Source of the DNA: Spirochaetota bacterium
GTDB taxonomy: Bacteria; Spirochaetota; Spirochaetia; DTKZ01
Length of the DNA: 64,000 nt
Direction of reading: 5' to 3'
Assembly (NCBI GenBank): GCA_026418195.1
Contig: JAOABU010000097.1
Span: 3,997-67,996, forward strand
The notes below the pieces were generated by a model. It was not told the origin of the DNA and ran no database searches. It worked only from the letters and a program-made list of their open reading frames with translations. The translations under genes were made by a program, and so were the position numbers. Positions 27,387-36,985 of the stretch are shown here, piece after piece (the first letter of the stretch is position 1; every line of letters starts with the position of its first letter).

Positions 27387-29051
27387 ATGAAACGAGGCCG
27401 ATCCCGAGACGACACGGTTGCACGATCTCTATCGGTAGCTATTGTTGGTCAGGTAGGCCTCCCCTCTACATCGGTCAGTGTACCTAGTTTCATAACCGAT
27501 CACCCCATTGGAGAAGTGAACACCCCGCTCCCCTGGGCTGTATGGGCTGCCGAACGGTACAGGTTGATAGACTCCTGGATGGAAGGAGCGACGGTACTGG
27601 ATCCTACGATGGGAGAGGGAAACTTGCTGGAGGCATTCCTGTATGGGGGGCTAATGCGGGGAATCCCTGTAGAAAAGCTACCCGTACATACCCTCTTTGG
27701 TATCGAGCGGCGAGGGGAAAAGATCCGGCGGTTTTTCCAGCGGGTGCTGGATCGGTACCATCTGAAACTCCCTGAAAAGAACTTCATCGAAGCGGACATC
27801 CTAACGGGACTTCAGAGTGATTCCCCGATGGTAGAGAAGCTTCTGACCGTGAATACAACCCGAATCCCTCCTGCAGATATCCTATTCGGGAATCCGCCAT
27901 GGATCACCTTTGCCTCCCTCCCGGATGTGTATAAAAACCAGATCAAGGATTTCTTTCTCCGCTATTCCCTTATAAAGAATCGAAATCAAGCCCTCTTGGG
28001 TAGATCCCGAGTGGATTTATCCGCCCTTATTGTGTTCGTAGCCATCTCCCGATTCCTCCGAACCGGAGGCAAGGGGGTGTTCTTCCTTCCCCTTTCCCTG
28101 TTTTTTGGCGAAGGGGCAGGGGAAGGATTCCGACGATTCTGCAGTGAAGGGGTACCCTTCAGCGTGCAGGAGTTGGTAGAGCTTTCTATAGGGGAGGTCT
28201 TTCCCCGCGTGTCTACCCGGAGCTGCCTCGTGTACCTCAAAAGGAACGAGGTTCAACGGTTTCCTGTACCTGTGTATCGGAAAGCCCAGAATAGACTTAG
28301 TCGTTGGAAAGCTTCCCCCATCGATGGACCTGAAAGTTCCTGGATCCTATACCAGGAAGAACATCCCTTCCCTAAGGGAGTTCCTCGGATCCCTATTCCC
28401 TCGGAAAGTGTCCCCCGGCAAGGAATCAATACCTGTGGAGCCAACGATTTGTTTTTCTTTGATTCGGTAGAAATAGAGGAAGAAGGGGTGTGGAGGGTAT
28501 CCAATGCTACCCTGACCTGTCTGCTTCCTTCCAGATACCTTTTCCCTCTCCTCACCTCCGAATCTTTCTGTGAAAAAGAACCGCTTCCCCACAAATGGGT
28601 GTTTCTTCCCTATCAACTGAATGGACAACCCTTGTCTTTCCAGCAGATCGAAGAAGACCCATATCTGAAGATATTCATGAGCCAGCATAGGGAAAGACTC
28701 AAGGCTCGGAAAGGGGTAATGATTCAACGCTGGATCCGGAAAGGGTATTTTTGGGCTTTGTTTGGGGTAGGGGCCTACTGTTTCTATCCATGGAAGATCG
28801 TATGGGAAGCAGCGGGCCGGAAAAAGTTTTTTCCGACGTTGTGGAAGGGCGAATGGCAGGCAAACCAATCCCTCTTCGGGTACTTACCATTCCAGAGCTT
28901 ACAAGAGGCCACAAGAGTGTTACAAGAGCTTCAACATCCCTGGATCGAAACCTACCTTCTGGCTCTCCAAGCCCAGGGTACATTGAACTGGGCACAACCG
29001 GGCCGAATGAAACGGCTCTTCTCCCCTATACCTACTCAGGGAACCCGTTAG
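27387..29051 (+). CDS. gamma-class N6-adenine DNA methyltransferase (Eco57I/TaqI-like), solitary
   Basis: Motif I LDPTMGEGNLL and motif IV LFGNPPW (nt 27891-27902). The C-terminal half resembles TaqI-C-type target-recognition domains (RQGINTCGANDLFFF, KIVWEAAGRK). Confidence 0.65.
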   Translation: MKRGRSRDDTVARSLSVAIVGQVGLPSTSVSVPSFITDHPIGEVNTPLPWAVWAAERYRLIDSWMEGATVLDPTMGEGNLLEAFLYGGLMRGIPVEKLPVHTLFGIERRGEKIRRFFQRVLDRYHLKLPEKNFIEADILTGLQSDSPMVEKLLTVNTTRIPPADILFGNPPWITFASLPDVYKNQIKDFFLRYSLIKNRNQALLGRSRVDLSALIVFVAISRFLRTGGKGVFFLPLSLFFGEGAGEGFRRFCSEGVPFSVQELVELSIGEVFPRVSTRSCLVYLKRNEVQRFPVPVYRKAQNRLSRWKASPIDGPESSWILYQEEHPFPKGVPRIPIPSESVPRQGINTCGANDLFFFDSVEIEEEGVWRVSNATLTCLLPSRYLFPLLTSESFCEKEPLPHKWVFLPYQLNGQPLSFQQIEEDPYLKIFMSQHRERLKARKGVMIQRWIRKGYFWALFGVGAYCFYPWKIVWEAAGRKKFFPTLWKGEWQANQSLFGYLPFQSLQEATRVLQELQHPWIETYLLALQAQGTLNWAQPGRMKRLFSPIPTQGTR

Positions 29052-29096
29052 AATTGCCGAAGAGAATAGTAAGACTCGAAGCGGGTAGAGATTCCC

Positions 29097-31085
29097 TTGA
29101 GTATAGAAACGGAGACAAAGAAACTCTGTAAGAAGGACCTCATCAACCTTTTAAACTTCCACCATTTCCAGGGAAGGCCGATCCATGCTACTTTCCGGGA
29201 TTCAAGGACCCAAGCCACGGTAACCCTTCCTTTCTATGTAGAAATCTGTACGGAAACTACTGCACATGGTACCTGGGAAGAAGGAGACCACATTGAAAAA
29301 TATCCACCCTCTTTGACGCTGGAAAGTATACAGATCTATGATGTACACCGTCCTATCCGAATCGAACCCATCAGATTCCAACTTGATTCAACCGGTCTAA
29401 CCTTCGAATTACCAGAATATGGGCTTTTGAAGAACACCCGTCGGATCCTGCGCACACCCGTACAGGGTGTGGAAATCATACTCTATCAGTTCGGAATACA
29501 GTACCACGGAGTAGTGGAAGATTTTTCTCCAGAGAGCTTTCGGGTGCGCCTGGAAGAGAGGGAAAACCCAGCACTTCAGTGGTTGAATCCAGAGGCTCCC
29601 TGCACAGCCGTTATGAGAAAGGATGGGGAACTCCTTTATTCAGGAACTTGTTGCATCTCCCGGACCCGGAGGCAGGGGAGGCATCGAAGCATCCTCCTTT
29701 CTCCTACGGAACCCGCCATTCGAAGGTACCGGCCCCGGCAATACCGTTCCATTCGACAGATCCTGACCCCTTCTCCGGTGGCCCGTATCTACCATCCTAT
29801 TTCTGGGAGGGATCTCTATTTGCCTGTGTACGATCTTTCCAGTACCGGTGTGTCCGTAGAGGAGGCGTACCATACCTCCCTTCTATTGCCTGGGATGCTG
29901 ATACCGGAACTCACCATAGAGTTAGCTAATCGGAGGTTTGTTCGATGCAGAGCTCAGGTTTTATATAGGAAGGTAGTTCCCGAGAACCCTAAGATCCTCC
30001 GTTGTGGTCTGGCTTTCCTCGATCTTTCCCTGGAGGATCAAGCAGGACTCTCTGCTCTGCTCCATCCCGTACAGGATCCCCATACGTTTGTATGTAATCC
30101 TGTAGATCCTGAAGAGTTATGGAAATTCTTTTTCGAGAGTGGGTTTCTCTATGCAGACAAGTACGATTCCATCCGGATGGAGAAGGAGGAGTTCAAACGA
30201 ACCTACGAGCATCTCTATACCCGAAGCCCTTCAATTGCTCGATATTTCGTCTTCCGCGAGCATGGGACTCTGGCAGCTCACATGTCCATGCTACGGTTCT
30301 ATCCTCGATCCTGGCTGATCCAGCATCATGCGGCCTCGAAAGAAGGGCATCCCATCGCTGGGATCGTGGTGTTGAAGCAGGTGGGTACCTATGTGAACGA
30401 ATTTCACCTGCATCCTTCTACTCGGATGGATTATGTGATGTGTTACTTCCGTCCCGACAACAAGTTCCCCAATCGGGTCTTTGGAGGGGTAGCGCACCAC
30501 ATGAACGATCCCAAACGATCTTCTTTGGACTCCTTTGCGTATGTTCATCTTTCCCCCGAATTAGGTCGGGAGGATTGTTTCTATCAATTGTTCCCTGCCC
30601 AGGAGGAAGATCTGGTAGCTTTTCAAGGGAAATACGAAAAGACATCCGGGGGCTTGTTGATCGATGCTCTGGATCTTGTGGGAGGGAGGGAGCTGGACGA
30701 GGAACTGAATAGGGAATACGGATCGTTAGGATTCCAAAGGGAGCGGTACTTTTTTGCTATTCATCAGAACGGAATTTGCCTGGCAATCCTTATGGTAGTC
30801 CGATCCAATGCGGGTTTGAACTTGTCCAGCTTAACGAACTGTGTCCATGTGTTCGTTCTTGAACCAGACCGCTTGGATCCGAAGGTGCTATTCCATGCGT
30901 TACAGAGTTTAAAACGGTACTTCGTAAAGGACAGAATGCCGATTCTAGTGTATCCTGAGCAGTATATGAGGGAACGGAATCTCCCGTACGAAAAGACATA
31001 TACCCTGTGGGTCTTGAGCATGGAAGCAACGGATGACTATTTCAAAGCTCTGGAAAGTATTTTCAAGAGGCCCATGCATGGATAA
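29097..31085 (+). CDS. tandem PilZ-domain protein with ~340-aa uncharacterised C-terminal domain
   Basis: Canonical PilZ signature RRYRPR...(about 30 aa)...DLSSTG, preceded by a degenerate copy RRILR...EDFSPESF. TTG start; there is no nearby ATG. Confidence 0.6.
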   Translation: MSIETETKKLCKKDLINLLNFHHFQGRPIHATFRDSRTQATVTLPFYVEICTETTAHGTWEEGDHIEKYPPSLTLESIQIYDVHRPIRIEPIRFQLDSTGLTFELPEYGLLKNTRRILRTPVQGVEIILYQFGIQYHGVVEDFSPESFRVRLEERENPALQWLNPEAPCTAVMRKDGELLYSGTCCISRTRRQGRHRSILLSPTEPAIRRYRPRQYRSIRQILTPSPVARIYHPISGRDLYLPVYDLSSTGVSVEEAYHTSLLLPGMLIPELTIELANRRFVRCRAQVLYRKVVPENPKILRCGLAFLDLSLEDQAGLSALLHPVQDPHTFVCNPVDPEELWKFFFESGFLYADKYDSIRMEKEEFKRTYEHLYTRSPSIARYFVFREHGTLAAHMSMLRFYPRSWLIQHHAASKEGHPIAGIVVLKQVGTYVNEFHLHPSTRMDYVMCYFRPDNKFPNRVFGGVAHHMNDPKRSSLDSFAYVHLSPELGREDCFYQLFPAQEEDLVAFQGKYEKTSGGLLIDALDLVGGRELDEELNREYGSLGFQRERYFFAIHQNGICLAILMVVRSNAGLNLSSLTNCVHVFVLEPDRLDPKVLFHALQSLKRYFVKDRMPILVYPEQYMRERNLPYEKTYTLWVLSMEATDDYFKALESIFKRPMHG

Positions 31086-33054
31086 GCTATACAACAGCGT
31101 CATCATCAATAATTTTCTCAAGTTAGTAAAAGCAAGGTACAGTTACATAAACATTCTGGACCTTCTCCAAACCGCAGACATGGAACTGTACCAGATAGAG
31201 GATGAAGGATGCTGGTTCACGCAGGATCAGGTGGATCGGTTTTACGACAACCTGGTGAAAATGACGATGAACCCGAGAATCGCGAGGGAAGCAGGCCTGT
31301 ACAGCGCATCCCCCGAAGCCTTGGGGACCATGAAGCGCTACGTGATGGGGATGCTCGGGCCGGGAAAAGTGTTCGAGAAGGTGGAGCAGATCGCCAACGG
31401 ATATACCCGATCTTCCCGCTACAGTTCTCGCCGGTTGGGCAGGCGTATGGTAGAAATCATCGTAACTCCGAACCCGGGTGTAGAGGAACGGCCTTACCAG
31501 TGCGAGAACCGGATCGGGTATTTCGAGGCCATAGTTCGGGTGTTCAATCATCGTATGCCTCATATTGAGCACTCCGAGTGCATGTTTAAAGGAGGATCCG
31601 TTTGTCGGTATAGGATCTCCTGGCAGGAAAGTCCAGGCACTCTGTTACGCTGGATTCGAAACACCGCTTTCCTTCTCGGAGGGATTGGTTTGGGATTGAT
31701 CTGGTTCAGTCTAACTGAACTACAAATCAAACTCTTGCTTACTGGAGGAAGCCTAGGAGTTCTGCTCGGTCTTTCCCTTGTCACAGAATATCGGAATCGT
31801 AAGGAGTTAATCGCTGCCCTAGACAACCTTCGTTCCTCGACAGATCAACTGTTGGATACCATCAGCATCAACTATAACCATGCTCTTCTGATTAACGAGA
31901 TTGGTCAAACCATCAGCAAGCATATACAGGTAGATAGGATCCTATCTGGTGTGGTGGAAGTGCTGCAGAAGTATCTGGATTTCGATCGGGGATTGATCCT
32001 GTTGGCGAATCGGGATGGTACGTTTCTCGAGTACCGTGCGGGGTATGGGTATAGTGGGGAACAACTTGCTATTCTGAAAACCACGAAGTTTCACTTGGAT
32101 AATCCCAGCTCCCGGGGTATTTTTGTGGTGAGTTATCGGGAAAAGAAGCCGTACCTCGTGAACAACGTAGAGGAAATCCTTGAGACCTTAAGTCCCCATA
32201 GCCTTGAGTTTGCTCGATTCATGGGCTCCAAATCCTTCATTTGCTGTCCCATTCTCTATGAGGAACAGTGTTTGGGAATCCTGGCGGTGGATAACATCAA
32301 CACAAAGCGGCCTCTCCTCCAACGAGACCTGAACCTCCTTATGGGAATAGCCCCGGAAATTGGAATCAGCATCCACAATGCCCTGATGATCGAAGCCCAG
32401 CAGCGGCAGTTCCAATCGGTGCTCCAAACCCTGGCTGCCAGTATTGACGCAAGGGATTTCCTCACCGCTGGACACTCAGAGAAGGTCACTTCCTACGCGG
32501 TCGGGATCTGTAAAGAACTGGGGTTGTCTCGGGAGTACACGGAGGTGATCCGAGTGGCTTCCCAGCTTCATGATTACGGGAAAATTGGAATTCGGGATTC
32601 GATTTTGAAGAAACCCGGTCCATTGTCGGCTAGGGAACGGGAAGAAATCAAGGCACACGTGGAAAAAACGGAACAGATCCTTCGAAAAATCAACTTCGAG
32701 GGAATTTACCGGGAAGTTCCCTCCATTGCAGGAGCTCACCACGAATGGATCGATGGATCCGGTTATCCTCGCGGACTAAAAGGAGAGCAGATTCCCCTAG
32801 GTGCCCGAATCATTGCGGTAGCAGATTTCTTCGAAGCCATTACTTCCAAACGGCACTATCGGGAACCGATGAGTTTTGAGCAAGCTTTAGCCATATTGAA
32901 AGAAGAAAGTGGGAAACACCTAGATCCTTTAGTAGTAGACGCGTTTATTGCGTATATCACAGGAGTGCGTCGATTCAAACCCTATGACCGATTCCCTACT
33001 GACAATCCGGACGTTTCCGCTTTACGTCCCCAGCAGGCGATCAAAGGAGTGTAG
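31078..33054 (+). CDS. membrane-associated sensor-GAF-HD-GYP c-di-GMP phosphodiesterase
   Basis: HD (ASQLHDYGKIGI) and HHEWIDGSGYPRGL motifs, a GAF-like middle region, two TM segments, and an N-terminal ligand-binding-like domain ending ECMFKGGSVCRYRISW. The ATG at 31078 overlaps the upstream stop by 8 nt. Confidence 0.8.
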   Translation: MDKLYNSVIINNFLKLVKARYSYINILDLLQTADMELYQIEDEGCWFTQDQVDRFYDNLVKMTMNPRIAREAGLYSASPEALGTMKRYVMGMLGPGKVFEKVEQIANGYTRSSRYSSRRLGRRMVEIIVTPNPGVEERPYQCENRIGYFEAIVRVFNHRMPHIEHSECMFKGGSVCRYRISWQESPGTLLRWIRNTAFLLGGIGLGLIWFSLTELQIKLLLTGGSLGVLLGLSLVTEYRNRKELIAALDNLRSSTDQLLDTISINYNHALLINEIGQTISKHIQVDRILSGVVEVLQKYLDFDRGLILLANRDGTFLEYRAGYGYSGEQLAILKTTKFHLDNPSSRGIFVVSYREKKPYLVNNVEEILETLSPHSLEFARFMGSKSFICCPILYEEQCLGILAVDNINTKRPLLQRDLNLLMGIAPEIGISIHNALMIEAQQRQFQSVLQTLAASIDARDFLTAGHSEKVTSYAVGICKELGLSREYTEVIRVASQLHDYGKIGIRDSILKKPGPLSAREREEIKAHVEKTEQILRKINFEGIYREVPSIAGAHHEWIDGSGYPRGLKGEQIPLGARIIAVADFFEAITSKRHYREPMSFEQALAILKEESGKHLDPLVVDAFIAYITGVRRFKPYDRFPTDNPDVSALRPQQAIKGV

Positions 33055-33812
33055 GTAAACCGTCCGGGGTCCTCGAAGAATCGAAGGAAATCCTCCTTAA
33101 ACTCTTCCGGGCTTGAATACCCCGGGAGCGTGAACTCCAACTTCTTTGCCAACACTTCGATCTTACGGATCCAGTTGAAGGCATCCGTGTTTCGCAGGGA
33201 TCCATAGATTAGATGATGGGCTTCCACATGCACGGCAATATCGTGGAAGCCCAGACGGTATAGGTGCGAGTAGAGCTTTCGCCCTGCATAGGGATCAAAG
33301 TCTAGTCGTTCCTCCATTTGGGTAATGGCCGCCCGGATGGCCCCTTCCAAACGAGGGGAAAGCCCATAATGATTCAAACTATTATGATCTAGGTCAATCA
33401 GGCATAGGATTCCCCCTGGTTTTAACAACTGGGCAAAATTCTGGACGAGGGAAAAAGCCTCGTCTTTGAAGTATTCTAGGATGAATCGAACCCAGATGAA
33501 ATCGAATAGACCGAGATCTTCCAGGGGCTGTCGGATGTCCCGTAACGCGAAAGAAATCCCTTCCTTTCCATACCGTTCCGTGGCATGCCGAATCCGTTCC
33601 TTTGAACCGTCTACTCCTACTGCGTACCCTTTGGGCCCTACGATCTGATGCAAGATAGCTGTGGTTCGGCCGGTTCCACAACCGATATCGGCAACCCGCA
33701 TACCTGCTGATAATCCGGCTCGGGTAGCTTGCTCGATCACTTTTGCTTCCTCTGTCTTTAATTCTAACCGGAGGATCTCCTGATCGTTTTCCATAATGTA
33801 ACGGATCTTCAT
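32982..33812 (-). CDS. class I SAM-dependent methyltransferase
   Basis: SAM motif VADIGCGTGRTT. Start taken at MKIRYIMEND, 2 nt after the stop of the upstream radical SAM gene. Confidence 0.75.
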   Translation of the reverse strand: MKIRYIMENDQEILRLELKTEEAKVIEQATRAGLSAGMRVADIGCGTGRTTAILHQIVGPKGYAVGVDGSKERIRHATERYGKEGISFALRDIRQPLEDLGLFDFIWVRFILEYFKDEAFSLVQNFAQLLKPGGILCLIDLDHNSLNHYGLSPRLEGAIRAAITQMEERLDFDPYAGRKLYSHLYRLGFHDIAVHVEAHHLIYGSLRNTDAFNWIRKIEVLAKKLEFTLPGYSSPEEFKEDFLRFFEDPGRFTYTPLIACWGRKAETSGLSVGNRS

Positions 33813-33814
33813 CG

Positions 33815-35200
33815 CTAGGTTCCTTTGAGGGGATAAAAATAGGGGGAAAAATGATCTGGGTATGTCCATCGGTAGTGCGAGTTTTGCCAACTGCGTTTCA
33901 GAGCATCGTTCAGTTTGTAAACAATAAAGGATCGCTGGGGGTTCCGGATCCAGAAGAAAGACCGTAGCAGCCTGAACGGGTACGTAGGAAAGGAATACAG
34001 ACGCTTCTTGATATAGTTATCTGCTGTGTACACGGTTTCTGGGTCGATTCCTGTGGGGCGGTGAGTGAGGTAAGAGAATCGGAACTTTTCCCAATCGAAA
34101 GGAAAGTCGTTGTACAGAAGCCGTCCCTCCGCCTGCAGTTGATCCATCAACGCAGTACCAGGTAGGGGAGTGAGGATGCTAATTTGGACCATATCGATAC
34201 CAGAAGAGAGGATGAAACGTGCCAGGTCCTCGTAATACTGGGGCGTTTCATGGTCGTTTCCCAGGATGAAGGCTCCCAAAACCCCAATCCCTTCTTCATG
34301 TAAGCGGCGAACTATCGTACGATAGTTGTCTACACCGGTTTTGAGATTTACCCCTTTATGCATCCCTTTCAGGGCATCTACATCGGTGGTTTCAAAGCCG
34401 ATGAACACGTAGGCACAACCTGCCTGTGAAGCCAGTCTCAATACTTCCGGATCCTCAGCAACATTAATGGATGCCTGCATCCACCAAATTTTTTGGATTC
34501 CTGAATCGATCATCCCTCGAAAGATTTGAATGGCTCTCTTCCGACTTTCTGTAGAGTAGCCGATCAGGTTGTCGTCCAGAAAGAAGAGGTATTGCCCAGG
34601 AATGATGCTCAATTCCTGTAACACAGAAGATGCGGTACGTTGCCGATACGCTTTCCCCATGTACCGAGAGACGGAGCAGAAACTGCAATCAAACGGGCAT
34701 CCTCGAGAGGTTTGGATGGAATTCCAGAGATACCCCGGATGAAGGAGATCCCTTCGGGGAAGGACGTTAAACGTAGATAGATCGAGAACAGGACCTTGAT
34801 AGATTCCCCCTAGCTGCTTTTTTTCGAAATCTTGCAAAACTTTTCCCCAAATCCCCTCTACTTCTCCTTTCACCACAGCATTGGCAAACTGAAGGGCTTC
34901 TTTGCTTAGCATCGAAGCATGAATCCCCCCCAACACAACGGGAATCCCTTTCTCGCGGTATTGCGCAGCTAACTGATAAGCCCTGCCGATATTGCTGGTA
35001 AAGGCAGTGATCCCTACCAGGTCTGCCTCTTCCAGGGTAGATTGACCGAAGTTTTCGTCCACGATGTTCACTTCCCAGGAGTCGGGGGTTACCGCTGCTA
35101 CATAGGCAAGGCTCAGCGGAGGAAAAAGGGAAAACCGACTCAGCATATACCCGCTACGTCGGCCTACAGGATTGATCAGTACTAGTCGTTTCGTTGGCAT
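33815..35200 (-). CDS. B12-binding-domain radical SAM protein
   Basis: N-terminal B12-binding-like domain (LVGITAFTSN) and CxxxCxxC motif (SRGCPFDCSFCSVS). Confidence 0.8.
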   Translation of the reverse strand: MPTKRLVLINPVGRRSGYMLSRFSLFPPLSLAYVAAVTPDSWEVNIVDENFGQSTLEEADLVGITAFTSNIGRAYQLAAQYREKGIPVVLGGIHASMLSKEALQFANAVVKGEVEGIWGKVLQDFEKKQLGGIYQGPVLDLSTFNVLPRRDLLHPGYLWNSIQTSRGCPFDCSFCSVSRYMGKAYRQRTASSVLQELSIIPGQYLFFLDDNLIGYSTESRKRAIQIFRGMIDSGIQKIWWMQASINVAEDPEVLRLASQAGCAYVFIGFETTDVDALKGMHKGVNLKTGVDNYRTIVRRLHEEGIGVLGAFILGNDHETPQYYEDLARFILSSGIDMVQISILTPLPGTALMDQLQAEGRLLYNDFPFDWEKFRFSYLTHRPTGIDPETVYTADNYIKKRLYSFPTYPFRLLRSFFWIRNPQRSFIVYKLNDALKRSWQNSHYRWTYPDHFSPYFYPLKGT

Positions 35201-35361
35201 TCCTGACGTTCTACCTAGAAACAGAATATAACGCTTCTATCGGGTCGAGCAAGGGCGTAGAGAAAGCTTCTCTATCTTCCTGTCTTGCCCTTATAGGGAA
35301 GAATAAGTATGTTTATATACGAATGTACAGAATCATTCCATGGTGAAAGAAGGAACAGAGT

Positions 35362-35952
35362 ATGGCTTACATTAAATCCGCGCTAGAGATCGCCTTGGAG
35401 AAAACCGAAGGAATCAAAGGGGATAAAACAGCATTACGCAATGCATCCGCCAAAGAGGAAGGGAAGAAACTCGCTTCTTCGTTTTTTTCCGATCCCACGA
35501 TGGATTTGCAGAAAAAGTTCAACAGTTATCCCAAGGAAGAGCGACCGTTCGTACGGGAAGGTTTTATTCAGATTCTTTTCTCCAACCTGGTTCTTCCCCG
35601 CGAGGAGAGGGACCTGAACCGTTTGGATGCCATTGTAAAAGCCCTGGAAGTCCTGCTTCCGGATAAGGGCAGCCTTAAGGTTTTGAAGAGTCAGATGCAG
35701 CAGTTTTTCAAGCACTGTTTGGAGGATCGAAAACGGCTCACGGAGGCGTTGAACAAGCAGCTAGGCCCACTCATCCGCCAAAAGGAGCAAGAGCTAAGTC
35801 AGAAACTTGGTCGTCCCGTACGGATCGATCCGTATTCGGATCCGGATTTCGCCAAAGCTTACAACCAGCACATGGGGAACCTGGAAGACCGGTACAATCA
35901 GGCTCTAGGTGAACTGAAGGAACAGTTGCAGCAGTTGTTGAACCATAAGTAG
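35362..35952 (+). CDS. hypothetical protein (helical, Lys/Glu-rich)
   Basis: 196-aa ORF with a GAAGGAA SD. No motif recognised. Confidence 0.5.
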   Translation: MAYIKSALEIALEKTEGIKGDKTALRNASAKEEGKKLASSFFSDPTMDLQKKFNSYPKEERPFVREGFIQILFSNLVLPREERDLNRLDAIVKALEVLLPDKGSLKVLKSQMQQFFKHCLEDRKRLTEALNKQLGPLIRQKEQELSQKLGRPVRIDPYSDPDFAKAYNQHMGNLEDRYNQALGELKEQLQQLLNHK

Positions 35953-35963
35953 GTAATTTCTTT

Positions 35964-36983
35964 CTATTCTGCCATAGGGGCCAATGTTAACTTCTGAAAC
36001 TCCCCTGATAGAAAGGCTTCGATATTGCGCAGGATCAACTCCTGCATGTTTCGATTGGCTTCCCGTGTGTCCGAAGCGACGTGGGGGGTGAGTACCACGT
36101 TCCCCAGTTTCCGTAGATCCTTGTCCGCTGAAGCGGGAACGTAGGGTTCCTGGGTAAACACGTCCAAAGCCGCTCCTGCCAGGTGGCCCGAAGCAAGGGC
36201 ATCGTAGAGAGCTTCCTCGTCCACCAACTTTCCCCTTCCAGTGTTTATCAGGTATACACCTCGAGGAAGAGCGTTGATCCGTTCTTGGTTGAGGAACTGG
36301 ATCGTCTCTGGTCTAACGGGTAGAAGGAGGGAAAGGATCTGCAGGTTCTTCGCAAAGGTTACAAAATCTGTGTGATACGCTTCTAAATGGTAACGGGAAA
36401 GGTATTCGAGTGGGCCAAATCCTTCCTTTGCGGCTTTTTGTTCCAGGGGAGTTCTACCATAAGCAGTCACCCGCATCCGAAGGCCAAGGGATGCTATCTC
36501 AGCAACCCGTTTCGCGATGTTCCCGAAACCAACGAGCCCGAGTCTCTTGCCTGCTAGCTCGAACCCTGTACGGCGGGTAAACCTTCCCTGTAGGAACTCC
36601 CCATGGCAGTACGGGATGTGCCTGGCTAAGCCAAGGAGCAAAGCGATGGTGTGTTCCGCTACCGATTCATCTAAGGCACCTGGTGTGATGCAAAGAAAGA
36701 TTCCATGGGTTTTGCACTGTCCCACATCGATTCCATCGAACCCAACCCCATACCGAACGATCAGGGCGGGACTTCCTTTCGCGTTCTCTGCTAAAGTTTC
36801 GTACAGAGGGCCTCGGTACCGTTCAGTTCCCAGAACGGCGATCCGTGCTCCCGAAGATCGGATCGCTTCGGCGACGGAAGCCTCTACAGGTGACGATATT
36901 TGCCAGTTGTACCGTGTGTAGGAAGTAAACAGGTCTTTCCCTTTCTCGAATTCCTGTTCGGTGATCACGATGGGTGTCAGCAT
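35964..36983 (-). CDS. D-isomer-specific 2-hydroxyacid dehydrogenase
   Basis: GLVGFGNIAKR NAD fold, NTGRGKLVDE...TPHVASDT. Confidence 0.8.
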   Translation of the reverse strand: MLTPIVITEQEFEKGKDLFTSYTRYNWQISSPVEASVAEAIRSSGARIAVLGTERYRGPLYETLAENAKGSPALIVRYGVGFDGIDVGQCKTHGIFLCITPGALDESVAEHTIALLLGLARHIPYCHGEFLQGRFTRRTGFELAGKRLGLVGFGNIAKRVAEIASLGLRMRVTAYGRTPLEQKAAKEGFGPLEYLSRYHLEAYHTDFVTFAKNLQILSLLLPVRPETIQFLNQERINALPRGVYLINTGRGKLVDEEALYDALASGHLAGAALDVFTQEPYVPASADKDLRKLGNVVLTPHVASDTREANRNMQELILRNIEAFLSGEFQKLTLAPMAE

Positions 36984-36985
36984 GG

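Noticed and set aside
35201-35361. Search for a RiPP precursor peptide upstream of the B12-radical-SAM/methyltransferase pair.
   Set aside because: Only 2- to 8-codon minus-strand ORFs exist in this region, so nothing is plausible as a precursor.
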